Assembly (NCBI GenBank): GCA_001244265.2
Contig: CDLV01000007.1
Span: 1,054,001 to 1,118,000 of the forward strand
From: Microbotryum violaceum
Lineage: Eukaryota
Length of the DNA: 64,000 bases
Reading direction: 5' to 3'
A program made the position numbers and the translations under genes. The notes under the pieces are model-generated. The model was not told where the DNA came from. It saw only the letters and a program-made list of their open reading frames with translations, and made no database searches. Positions 25,316 through 36,977 of the stretch are shown here, piece after piece (the first letter of the stretch is position 1; every line of letters begins with the position of its first letter).

Positions 25316-27202
25316 CTATAACAGCCCTTGTCGCTTCAAGTCCTCGTATGTCTGTCAAAATGCAGAAAGGGAGCGAAGCACGTCAGAGGCAAGAAAGGAG
25401 ACACGAGGTCCAGACGGGACAAAACCTCACCTTTCGGTTGTACACGTTGCCCTCGTCGTCCTCGAGCTCCTCCGTCAGTTCGACCTGTTGAATTTCTTGC
25501 TTGCCTTCCTGCTTTAGCTTCTCGGCCACTGTCAAGGAAACGACTTCGTGTCAGTAAATGGTGTCCAAGTTGCACTTCCAGCCATGGTGCCAACTCACAA
25601 GCGATCGCATCCTCGATCCTGGTGATCTCATGGAAGTGCTTCGTATTCGGCAACCCCAAGGCCCTCATCCCAAACGCATGTCTCGACTCCTGGAAATGCC
25701 TCTCGAACGCTTTCCGTCCCATATAAACGTAATCCGAACAGATCTCGCACTTGTACTCGACGCCCAACCCGTGCAACTTGTACAACCAGAAAGGGATGGG
25801 TTTCCCGTCCCAGCCCAAGGGTAGTTTAAGAGGGTTGTAGATGCGTTCTTCGTCGTCGTCGTCTTGGCCGGAAACGGGGAGTCGTCCTTCGGCGATCCCT
25901 TTGGCTTGGGCGGCGGCCGAGGCAGCGGCGACTTCGGCCGCTTCGCGAGCTTCGAGTTCTTCAATCTCGTTCGCCCTCTCTTTGTCGGTGAGAGCGGCAC
26001 GACGTTCGGTGTTGGACAAGGTATCAGCGAGGAGTTGCGACAGGGGTCCTGCCTCGTCTTGCAAGGGGGATTTGGAAGCGACGAGCGAGGCGATGAGCGC
26101 TTCTTTAAGAGCCAAGGCCCGATTCTTTTGCTGTCGTAGTTTGGCCAACGATTCCGGGGTGACGGTTTCGGATGTTGGTGCGGTGGTGGTGGTGGTGGAT
26201 GCTTCGTTGGACAGCTTCTGGGAGGCCTTGACGTGCTTTTTGGACGTCAGATGCGCGTTGTAGACGGTTTCTTTCGAGTAGTTCTTCTGGCCTGTTGGTG
26301 GCACGCACACAGTGTCAGCTTTCGGGAGCCATACTACGCTACCGTTGTTCTTTGGGGGACGACTCACATGCTGCACACCAGATGCCCTGCTCGGCCTGAC
26401 CGTTCTGCCCCTCTTCGTTCGTTGGGTTACTCCAGCCGGGCACCTCGCCCTTTTCCCATGCTTGAGAAAACCGCCGATCGGCATTGGTGAGAACGGATTC
26501 GAGATCGTTGAGCGGGAAGGCACGCTCGTGGAAGCCAGTAAGGTAGTCGAGCAGGTTGGCGAGGTATTTCGAGTACTCGGGCGTGGCCTTGATCGAGAGC
26601 GGAAGGTCGAACTTGGCCTCGCCGACCTTGGCGAGGTACTGAAGGTAGTTGAGACGCTTCCATGTGCCGATCGGTTGGGTCGAGAGGTTGTTGTAGAGCT
26701 CATGCTGGGCGTTGAGATCGAGGTAGCGACCGAGCCCTTCCTCTCCGGTGAACTTGTGGTCGAGCCATTCCTCGTCGCCGTGTTCGAGAGCGGCGAAATC
26801 GACGATGCCGGAGGACGAGGCGACGTTCGGGTTGGCTGCAGAGGTGTTGGCGGTGGTGGTGGCGGACAGCTCAGGGTACTTGCGATGGTGTTCCTTGAGC
26901 TTGGCCAGTCGCGAGTAGAACTCGGCGAGGTCCTGCCCCGGTTCAGGATCACTCCCACCGGCCAAAGCGTCGATCTCGCGTTGTCGTTCGGGATTGTCTT
27001 CGTCCAGGACGGTGAGGAGCGTCTCTGATCGATGGACGATGCGTTGTACGAGGTCATTGGCGCGGTGGGAGGTCGCGAGCCGGTCGCGGTGGGTCAGCGT
27101 CACCGGCGACGAGAGCTGCAGGAGCAGATCGGCGAGCGCGCGGTCATAGTGGTCAATGTCCTCGGCCTGCTGGCGAGCATCCTCGATGATGGAGGTCGAC
27201 AT
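25316..27202 (-). CDS. PRP9: U2 snRNP splicing factor SF3a60 / SF3A3
   Basis: [43 protein letters not shown] zinc finger, [15 protein letters not shown], and C-terminal [11 protein letters not shown]. Confidence 0.95.
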
Positions 27203-27484
27203 GGAGAGCGGGAACGTCGCGAGGGGCGAGTGGAGGAGGTGTGAGCCGACCGGAGGAGCCGACGTGCGGGCGAGCTCACGGCGCGGGTCAGGCCCGGTCT
27301 GGCCCGGTCCGGCCTGGTCAGGCTGGGTACTGATTGGGTCAGGCCGCCCCCAACTGAGATTAGTAAGCCAAGCTAATGCAGAAATTGCCCGTGGTTGCGA
27401 ACGAGACAGGTCACGAGTGAGCGGCGCCTAACCGATCGCCATCCCGCTCTCACCTGCACCCACACCCTACCCTGCCTCTCGACC

Positions 27485-29419
27485 ATGTCTGTGAGTTCCT
27501 CTCCTGATCGTCGTCGGTGTTGTTCTCGCGCACGATGGTCAGCGACGCTCGTCATTATCGGGGCCACCGTCAAGTGTCGCACCCCGGCAACCCCACCGAC
27601 CGTCCTGGTTCAGCCCCTTCCCGACCATACCGACTACACGTACAAAGCTGACCGTGCCCATCACCCATATATGCAGCTCGACACATCCCGAGACTCCAAG
27701 CTCAAGTTCGAGACGTCCGAGGAGGTCTCGATCGTAAGTCCGCCCCAGTCCCCCCCAGTCTCGCTCCTCGGGACCGCGTAGCCTCGTTCTGACTCGGGCC
27801 CTGACTTGATGACTGCCTTTCGATCCAACTTTCAGGCCCCCACCTTCGACGCTCTTGGACTCAAGGAGGATCTCTTGCGAGGCATCTACGCCTACGGTCC
27901 GTCCTCCCCGGCTGCGCTTACCCGAGTCGAGCCCTGGCTGACCCCTCTCCCAACCTCGTGCCTACTGCAGGCTTCGAGAAGCCATCTGCAATCCAACAGC
28001 GTGCGATCCGACCCGTCACAGAAGGTCGCGATGTCATTGCTCAGGTCAGCACATCCCCATCTCCCTCTCACTCACCCTGGGCTGCATACAACCTGATCCA
28101 CTCTTCTCTTGATCACCGCCCGACTACCCACAGGCCCAGTCCGGAACGGGTAAAACAGCGACCTTTTCCATCTCGATCCTGCAGTCCATCGACACCTCCG
28201 TCAGGGAGACCCAGGCGCTCATTCTCTCCCCGACTCGCGAATTGGCCACCCAGATTCAAAGCGTTGTCCTTGCTCTCGGTGGTAAGTGTTGCCGAAAAAT
28301 GAGCGCAAGGCGAGAACATGCGTTCTGACGTAAACGTCTCCCATTTGAATCACAGACTACCTCAACGTCTCTTGCCATGCCTGCATCGGCGGCACCAATG
28401 TCGGCGAGGACATCCGCAAGCTCGAGCATGGTCAACAGGTCGTCTCCGGCACCCCGGGACGAGTCTTTGACATGATCAAGCGCCGCACCCTGCGCACGCG
28501 CAACATCAAGATGCTCGTGCTTGACGAAGCCGACGAGTTGCTCAACCGCGGCTTCATGGACCAGATCTACGACGTGTACCGGTACCTCCCGCCGCAGACC
28601 CAGGTTGTGGTCTTGTCCGCCACTTTGCCCCAGGACGTGTTGGAGATGACGACCAAGTTCATGACCCAGCCCGTGAGGATCTTGGTCAAGCGTGACGAGC
28701 TGACGCTCGAAGGCATCAAGCAATTCTTCGTCGCCGTCGACAAGGAGGATTGGAAGTTTGACACCTTGTGCGACCTCTACGACTCGTTGACCATCACCCA
28801 GGCCGTCATCTTTTGCAACACAAGGAGAAAGGTGGGTAGGGCGTGTGAGCGGTACTGAGGCGTAGACAGTGTACTCATTCTATCTCCTCGCTTCGACAGG
28901 TTGATTGGTTGACCGAAAAGATGCGAGAAGCCAACTTTACCGTGAGCGCGACTCACGCCGGGAAACTCCGCACGTCAAGTGCCGCGCGCTCATCTCTCGC
29001 ATCTCTCCCACCGCAGGTCTCCTCAATGCACGGCGATATGCCGCAAAAGGAACGCGACACAATCATGGGTGAATTCCGAGGCGGCAACTCGCGCGTGCTG
29101 ATCACGACCGACGTCTGGGCGCGTGGTTTGGACGTACAGCAGGTCTCGTTGGTCATTAACTATGACTTGCCGTCGAATCGTGAAAACTACATCCACCGCA
29201 TCGGTCGTTCGGGGAGGTTCGGGCGCAAGGGTGTTGCTATCAACGTGAGTGCTGGGCTAACAACGTTGACCAGGTTATCCGAGCTGATCCCTCCCTTGTG
29301 TCTCGTTTGCGATCCAGTTCGTCACGGCCGAAGACGTCAAGATCTTGCGCGATCTCGAACAGTACTACGCGACGCAGATTGACGAGATGCCCAACAACCT
29401 CAACGAAGTCGTCGGTTAA
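27485..29419 (+). CDS. FAL1: DEAD-box helicase eIF4A-III (exon junction complex core)
   Basis: [56 protein letters not shown] (the W is typical of eIF4A-III), [15 protein letters not shown]. Confidence 0.93.
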
Positions 29420-29734
29420 AATTAAAACGAATCCACGGAAAGCCATTTCAAAGGCGCGCGCGGTAGAAGGCTTCGTCCAATCCTTTGGTCGGTTTTGCTT
29501 TATGAACCCTCGTCGACCTCCCGCCCCGAACGCCTACGACGTCATTTTTGCGCGTCGCGAGTGATGCTTTCTTCCCTGGTTGTTAATTTTCGCGGTGGAT
29601 GTAATTATAACATAAACAAATCCGGGCCGCAGCATGACGTGGCATGTGTGCGATGTGAACCCCCTCCCCCCTTAATAGGGCGCGTTGGGCGTCGACTCAG
29701 CTCGGGTGAATGAATCCGAATGTAAGGGTTTGAT

Positions 29735-29970
29735 CCCTACGGGAAATCCGCGCAACCGCAGTTGACCGCGGTTGGTGGAACAGACCTCGCCCGTCCAGCC
29801 ATTCGAAAGTAACCGCAGTTCAACTTCAGGCCTAGAAAGTGGATTGCAGAGGTGCACTTTTACCGCAGTTGCCAACCGCAGTCGCATCGGCAACCGCGGT
29901 CCCAACCGCACTAACCGCAGTTGTAGTAGATCAAGTGATTGCGGTTACGAGCTTTTGTGACCGCGGTTGT
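29735..29970 (+). repeat. Probable left end of a CACTA/CMC element: TIR-like CCCTACGGGAAA plus an array of (A)ACCGC(A/G)G subterminal repeats
   Basis: About 10 copies of ACCGCRG-like motifs in both orientations within 220 bp. The first 12 nt resemble the En/Spm end CACTACAAGAAA. A CACTA transposase lies about 1.5 kb downstream. No matching right end was found. Confidence 0.55.
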
Positions 29971-31144
29971 AATAATGTAGTAGCCTATACTATCCCTTTC
30001 TTCGCTCTCCTTTGCATGTACAGTAAAAATATAGTAAAGTGGCACTGCCAATGCCATTGCATTATATCAAGCATACGACTCGAACCAAGAGACGAACCTT
30101 GAGCCTGAGGCCTGATGAGGCACTCGGCCTCAACTCGTGAAATCGCTAAGTCGGATCGGCTCGAAGACTCGGGCCCAGCAACGCCGACTCACCTTCCACC
30201 CTCGAATCTTGCCACTAAACCTGTCAATGACACACAAGGCTGATGATGAGTGTCGGGCTATATCCAGTGGATCACCTCAGACTCAGTCTGGTGGCTAACT
30301 CACTCGACTGATCAAACTCGAAGCGTCGATCGGACGCACGCCTGCTGTTGCGCGACGGATCAGAATCAGCCCGCTCATAGTGTAGGAACGAACTGGAGAC
30401 TTACCCTATAGTTCAACATCAGGTCCTGAAATATGCCTGTACACATCTTAAACATCTTCTCGTCGAGCCTGGATAACCGACTGACTGCTCACCTCGAAGC
30501 TCCCGTCCACAGCATCGACTCGGAGGCGAAGCAGTGTGGCCTGTGGCACTGTTCTCGATGTTAATGCAAGCATTGGCATCAGCGAGCGGACGATAGAGCA
30601 AAGCTTGCTCACACTTCTCTCGAAGTCAAGGAATGGCCACCTGTGGGCTTCCTGAACAGAGACAAGTGCAGTTGACTCGGACCGCCGAGCAAGGCTAGGT
30701 CCTAGTGCAGAACAATTGATTGATGTGGTTAGTGCACGAACTAAGGTTACCAGATAACGAGATAACCTGGGGAGCATCACAGAGTCGGTGGAACAAGCTG
30801 CTGATCAGTGCGTCAGCGTGATCGGTGCGACGTACTATCGAGCGAGGCCGAGTCGGACACGTGACACCAAAAGCACGGGCCATGTTGAGTGACCGGGTAG
30901 CATCGAGATTGTAAGTCATCTAAACTCAGTCACTGGCTTGGTGCCGATCAAGTCAGTGAGTCGAATGCTGCAGGTTGGCAATGCCAAGGGCGCTTCAGTT
31001 AAGTTGGCGGTGACCATGATGTCGGCATGTGTGGAGCAGGAGGGAGAGAGGCGGCGCCTCAAGCAGTGAATGTCGATTTGAAATTGGAAATCTAATCGGC
31101 AAAAATATGGTTACTTTGCCTGACTTTTGCAAGCAGGTTTGACG

Positions 31145-31358
31145 TATGAGGAGCAGCGCAGTCAACAGACGAAGATGCCGAGTAGTAGGATTGGGAACTT
31201 TCATGATGTATTACACTAAACTACGAGGAGCAGCGCAGTGAGCAAACAAAGATGCCGAATAGAAAAGGATTCGGAACGTTAAGGAAAGAGAGAGAGAGAG
31301 AGCTGCGCCAGTCGCAGCTCGGGTATTCTAAGTCCAAGTTCAAAGAGGTCCGAGCGCG
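31145..31358. repeat. Direct repeat copy A (about 215 bp, with an internal tandem duplication)
   Basis: Aligns with 36168-36382 from TATGAGGAGCAGCGCAG to AAAGAGGTCCGAGCGCG, with scattered substitutions. Confidence 0.85.
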
Positions 31359-31508
31359 GCGCCAGGCGTTGGTGCAAAAGAACTAGCCAAGTGCTGGAAG
31401 CGAAAGGGGGCTACACCAGGTCCGTCAACGACTTCACTTATCTTGGCCAATCTCCATTCTGACCTTCGGGGACGTCTTTTGCCGGCAGCAGTCGGTCACG
31501 CGATCCCA

Positions 31509-34500
31509 ATGGCGGTCGATGACGATAACGCCGATGATATGAATCGAGAATTCGGCGGAGAGGCGGACGAAAACGGCGACGAAGACGATCTCCAAGGAAA
31601 CCTCAATGAAACCGCAGATGAAGAGGGAGAAAAGATGGTCGTAGACGAAGAGGAGATGCGCGGTCCGAAGGAGCTCGACGATCTCGAACTCGAATTGGGC
31701 TCGGAAGCGCAGGAGGAACATGATAGTGACAGAGATACCAGCGATACGGACTCCCTTGCGGGTGGAGCGCAAAGCGATGAGAACGTTCTGAGAGGCGCGA
31801 GAGAGGAAGAGGATGTCCAAGGGGAGGCAGAAGAACCCGAGCCCACTGAAGATGAGATTGCCGCGCTTGAGGCTCATCTCGCCGAGCTTGGTGCCGAAGG
31901 TGACTCAAAGTCTTGCTGTGCTTCAAGTGGTCATATTTGACACGAACACGAGCGCTGATGCAGTAACTACCTCATACAGGACTTCAAAGTCGAACGCTTC
32001 CACCCCATGACCTTGCAAAGCTACAACTCTACATTTTCAAGCGGGACCATTCGCTTCGAGGGACGCTTGGACTGACCTCCTCACATTGCTGCGCACCTAC
32101 ACCTTCCACAACGCCGACCTCAGCGACATGTCCGAGTACAGAATGGTTCGAGCCATACGACATCTCACCGGTTTCAGAACTGTGGAGGTCGGGAAGTGCC
32201 CCAAAGGTTGCGTGTCCTATGGCGCCAAACGGCTCGAAGATCTTGAGAAGTGTCCAACGCCCCGGTGCCGCGAGAACCGGTTCACGCTGGGGGAAAAGGG
32301 CGAAAAGTTTGAACGGTCAACGCAGCGTTTTTATGACCCCGCCCCTTTTTTTGAAGCGCTTCGTGCACACCCAGTAATTGGCCCTACCCTCGCCAATGCC
32401 AAGCCGAGCGACGAGGTCGTCGACTTGCACAAGGCGTCAGGTGGCTCGGGCTCTTACCCGGTCGTGAGGCGATGGGTTGACGGCTTACACGCACGGACGC
32501 TTTACGCAAACGGCGATCTCAAGCCGGATGATATCCCTCTTGCAACCTTCTCCGATGGAACCGAAGTGCTCGCGCACTCCAACGCCAATCACAAGGTCAA
32601 CGCCCACATCTCTGGGGTGATACCCATGACCCTGCCCCCCGAACTTCGTTGGAAGCTATCATCGCACTTTGTCATCTCCGGGAACGGCCCTCAGAAACCC
32701 AAAGACGAGCAGTAATTCCTCGAAACATTCTGTCAACAGCTTCACATCTTCGAAGGGGAGCGTACATCCTTTTCAGCCGCTCGGGACAGGCACGTGCTTT
32801 GCAGAGACAGGATCGTGGTTTGCATAGCCGACACGCTGGAGCAAGCAGCCCTTGGAAACCTTGTGGGAGCAAGAGGCCTCGCTTCGCGCTTGATCTGCTC
32901 GATCATCAGCATACCTCATTACGCACCTGGATACACCAAAGGCTATCTTCCGTTCTGTGTTCCTCATGCGAAAGCGTTCGAAAACGACGAGGGAGTGATC
33001 GTATCGGTGCTCGACCATCCCGAGTGGGCTGGGCTTGTCGACACCGCCACGACATTCCAAACCCCTGGTGAACGGGACGTTCGACTGGATAACGAGCGCA
33101 ACTACAAGCACTAACGTCGGGTGGTTGAAGCAATGAAACGACACCCGACCAAGCTCGAATCGCTGCGGCGTCGTAGGGGGATCTCAGGCGAACCTCCGAT
33201 CGAGGCGCTTGACCTGTTCAAGGATGCTTAATCCACGTTCCTGCCATTGGATTATATGCATCTGATTGGTATCAACAGTGGCAGCACTTTCATCAATATC
33301 CTCGTCGGCGACTTGGACTCGAAGGCACGCAGGCACTCCATGACGTTGTCCTCCGACGCGATCGTTCGCATGACTCGTGCGCAGCTGTTGTCTCGGCCGT
33401 ACCTCGCGAGAGTGGAGGGTGTGATTGTCAGGCCCTTAGCCGAGAAAAGGAAAAAATGGAAAGCAATCGAACGGGAACTTTTCATTTTGCGTGACCTGGG
33501 CCGCTTTCGTACCAGCAATTCAAGAAACCCGAGTTCGAGCGACTGACGGCGCTCACCATCCGAATGTTTGCGGCGATGAAGACATCGGTCTTCATCGACG
33601 ACTCCGTTGACTTTTTCGATCGCCTACCGGACGTCGACCGGCTCGAAAAACTTCTTCTGTACGAGCTCGATGAAAAGGGCGAGGTCCCCATCACGTACAC
33701 CTACCTCTATGTTCTCATCGAACAGACGCTGCTACTGCGCGAGAAGCTTCTCTATGATCAAGATCCCGAGTTCCTTCATCTGTTCCCCGCCACGAATCAT
33801 CGTCTTATGCACTTTCCCGATGTTATGAAGAGAATGGAACCGCTTCGCGAGTACTCGGCTTGCGGAAGGGAGACGATGATGGGTTACATCAAAGGGGGGA
33901 TGAGAAGCAAGTCAAAACCCGTCAAGTCTGGCATGAATTCGGCGGAGATGCGGAACATGATGATGATCCTCCGACTCAAGTACGACATACCTACACTGGA
34001 CGATCTCCAGGACACTTTACCGAGGAATCATGCCTTGCATGCCCAGCTGCCGGGCTACAAGCTGCACACACTCAAGAAAACGGCGCAACGCCATTCGCAA
34101 AATTTCGTCGACTTGACCGAAGAGGTTGCAGTCTTCCACGGAGGCAGTGTCACGTCGATAACTCTCTGGGGTCCAATGCAAACGACTACACCAAGAACCA
34201 TCTATGCGATGGACTTTGGCAGCTCGTTCGACGAAGGATGGCGGCGCCTTGAGGGTGCAGGTGCATCGGTAGTCACGTTGCTCGGATCCGGTCACGAGAT
34301 GCGAAACAAGCAAGGCACGGTCAACTGCAAGACGGCTAGATGTGTGCGAGTGAGTACCACAAAAACAACTCGTCGCATCTGATGTCAGCCGAGAGATTTT
34401 TGACAGCGGAATCTGGGATCCACAGATGTCAATGGAGGCCGACAATCCACAGCCCGCCGGCGAAGTTGTGTGCTTTGTTGAGCTAGGTATAACGACGCTG

Positions 34501-34875
34501 AAGGAGAAGCGATTGCTTTCGTTGGTCGATGTCTTCCCAGTTGCCATGGACATCCGGGGGTTGTACGAGAGATTCGATGTGGATGGTCCTCGCACCCTCA
34601 GCCTGATCGGCGTCGAGCATCTCCGCCAACTCGTGTCCATCATCCCGAATACGATGCGGTCGCCTCCCACCGCGGCCGAGCTTGCGCAAGGTGCAGGGCC
34701 AGCTGTAATAGCTCCCGACACATCTTTGATATCTGTGTTTCCACATATGAGTGCGACCCCTCTGCGCCGAGTCGACGCTGGCACTGACACGAGGCAGAGC
34801 GCTCTCCATTCGGTCGTCCGGTTGAAGATACAGGGGCGCAGTTTTTCCAATTGCTCATTAACTTCAATCCTTTAG
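31509..34875 (+). pseudogene. CACTA/EnSpm (Tnp2, Transposase_21-like) transposase, broken by stops and frameshifts
   Basis: Acidic N-terminus; CPKGCVSY...CPTPRCRENRF zinc motif; FSDG; LPPELR; GPQKPKD; IADT; DYMHL; WKAIE; H.LMH...PL.EYS...E..MG.IK. Stops at about 32713, 33112 and 33229. Confidence 0.8.
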
Positions 34876-35090
34876 AAACCTTGTCCAATTCCAAGACCAC
34901 CACATCTTCGAATCTGGAGATGTTACACATTCAAACGAGAGGAGAGCAAGTTGTCTCAGCAGTTGTGGGCAAGGCCCGTGGGAGGGGCGCACCCCTCACA
35001 TCCTCCTTCCCAAGTCTAGAATAGACTTCATCATCGTAAAATCGTCATGCCGTGATCGTCAATACCATGAGAAAAAACGTGGTTGGTAAA

Positions 35091-36078
35091 TCAGTCGTCA
35101 TATTCAGAATCTTCGTCTTCCGAATCCTCCTCTTCCGTATCCTCGGCTTCTGGGTCCGAGTTTGAGTATCGCATCATGCTCATCCTCGGCGCTTCTCTCA
35201 GCTCGGGACCTGGGCACTCGCGTGCCAGATGGCCATGCTCGCCGCATTTGAAGCATTCATCTCGCTTCGACTGCTCTTCTTGCTTTGCCGTGAAGTGTCG
35301 TCGTGGAGCCGCGGGCTCCTGTCTCGAAGTGTTGCCAGTGTCGCGTGTCGGAGAAGATCCGGAGCTCGCAGCGTTCGATCTGCTCTGCTGCGTCATCTCT
35401 CGGTGATCATCCTTCCGCGTTCGGATGTCCTCCTTCGTTGTTTCTTGTTTCGCTGAAATCGAAACGTTCCTCGTCACCTTTCGCACCCTACGGTTCATCG
35501 TCGCCCGCTGTAGTGGTTGCTGCTTCGTAATTCGACATCCTCCGTTCAGGAGGTAGTTTCTCTGACAGAGCGGTAGACTGTTGAATGTTGAAAATCAACT
35601 CCGCCTTTCTCGCTGTTCCGCGCATTTCGATCCAAGAGGACGAATCAGGGTCGCCGCCATAGATGTGTACATGCTGTAGCAGGCGAGGGTCCATAGAGTC
35701 ATACAGCTTCCGCGTCATATCACGCTCGCTTGAGGCGCGTCGATCTTTAGACAGTTGAACAATCTCCGCGACCACCTCAGAATTTTTTCTCAAACTTCCA
35801 TCGGATCGCTGCTGATGAATCCGGTTCCACTTCGTCTCTGCTTCTCGGTGAGCAGTTGGAGACACGTAGTCTCGGTGGAAGCGTCGAACAACTCTGCTCA
35901 AGAGGTATTCGACCATCGTCTCGTTCTGGACCCTTTGAGGCCAGCTTCGGTTCATCTTCTCACGCCACTCGGCGTACGCTTCCTTCGCTGCTCCGTTATG
36001 GTATAGCAATAGCGGTCGATCAAGGATGATATGAAAATGAAAAGGGAAAACGAGACTGAGTACGAGAACGAAACACAC
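35091..36078 (-). pseudogene. 5'-truncated, frameshifted retrotransposon gag (capsid-like region plus CCHC zinc knuckle)
   Basis: The ORF at 35488-36078 is capsid-like (AETKWNRIHQ...KLYDSMDPRL). The ORF at 35091-35498 contains CFKCGEHGHLARECP. No pol follows. Confidence 0.75.
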
Positions 36079-36167
36079 AGAAAGTGAGAACCAGCTAAGA
36101 TGCTGTATCGGATCCTCGAAGTCGTCTTCCTAAAACAAGAAGCAAACTCCCCTCCGACGCCAGGATC

Positions 36168-36382
36168 TATGAGGAGCAGCGCAGTGAGCAAACGAAGATG
36201 CCGAGTAGAAGAGGATAGGGAACGTTCGAAATGTATTACACTAACCTGTGAGGAGCAGCGCAGTGAGCAAACGAAGATGCCGAGTAGAAGAGGATAGGGA
36301 ACGTTAAGGGAAAAGAGAGGGAGAGCCGCGCTAGTCGCTGCCTCGGGTAATCTAAGTCAGAATCTAAAGAGGTCCGAGCGCG
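36168..36382. repeat. Direct repeat copy B, containing two identical 57-bp units
   Basis: 36170-36226 and 36249-36305 are identical. The whole block is homologous to 31145-31358 and lies just upstream of the minus-strand gag. Confidence 0.88.
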
Positions 36383-36527
36383 CCCGAGTTCCCATCCCCC
36401 AATCTCCGTATGCTGGAGTTGAGAGCGCCCCTGCAATGTAGTGTATACGATGACATTTTCTTCCATCCTCTCTCTCTCTTTCCCTCCATCGATCTCAAAT
36501 CCCTCTTCCCAACGAGCAAGAATCGTC

Positions 36528-36977
36528 ATGAAGCTCCTCGCGATTGCCGTCGCCGTCGTCGCCATGAGGGTCGCCGCAAGTCAAGCTACACCAGACCCTA
36601 TGTCTGGTAGCAGGTAAGTCCCCTCGTGACCCCATCAGCCCGCAAGTTTAGGTCAACTATACCGATACCTCTCCTCTCCTTTTGTTCATCCAAAGCGGGA
36701 TCTTCCAGGCCGCGTGCAATCAGGTTTGTGATCAGAACTGCTGGTGAGTAGTGGGTCGCGGAAGCCAAATGTTCGAGAGCAGTGTCTTAGGGCCAAAAAT
36801 TCCGAGCCCTTGAGAACGCCTGAGCGGCAGTGCGGCAAAGCTAATTCCCAATTGGTCCTCCCTTGGACTTATCGTCGAAGGTGCTACTACACACGCATTG
36901 ACTGCATGACAGAGTGCACGGCGAAGAGGGCGCCTGTTCTTTCGAAGCTCGGTTGTCATTCCAAGTTTCATTGCTGA
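36528..36977 (+). CDS. Small secreted cysteine-rich protein (76 aa, 8 Cys), three exons; candidate effector
   Basis: Exons 36528-36613, 36696-36743 and 36881-36977, with GTAAGT/GTGAGT donors, AAG acceptors and a GCTAAT branch site in intron 2. They join in phase to give MKLLAIAVAVVAMRVAASQATPDPMSGSSGIFQAACNQVCDQNCWCYYTRIDCMTECTAKRAPVLSKLGCHSKFHC. Confidence 0.75.

Noticed and set aside
25336-27057. 573-aa ORF and other long overlapping or antisense ORFs, as separate genes
   Set aside because: They are explained by read-through of introns or by GC-rich codon bias in the real spliced genes; only the central part of this ORF belongs to PRP9.
30100-30160. CTGATGA...GAAA resembling a hammerhead ribozyme core
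   Set aside because: The bases between CTGATGA and GAAA do not form a closing stem II, and stems I and III could not be built.
30241-30314. ATGATGA...CTGA with short complementary flanks, like a C/D box snoRNA
   Set aside because: No rRNA or snRNA guide complementarity was recognised, and it lies in TE-derived sequence where such short motifs occur by chance.
36170-36305. Repeat-spacer-repeat pattern resembling CRISPR
   Set aside because: Only two 57-bp units, a eukaryotic context, no cas genes, and the spacer is conserved in the second copy at 31.2 kb.
36437-36443. TGTAGTG as a possible right CACTA terminus
   Set aside because: The adjacent sequence does not match the left end at 29735 and has no subterminal repeats.
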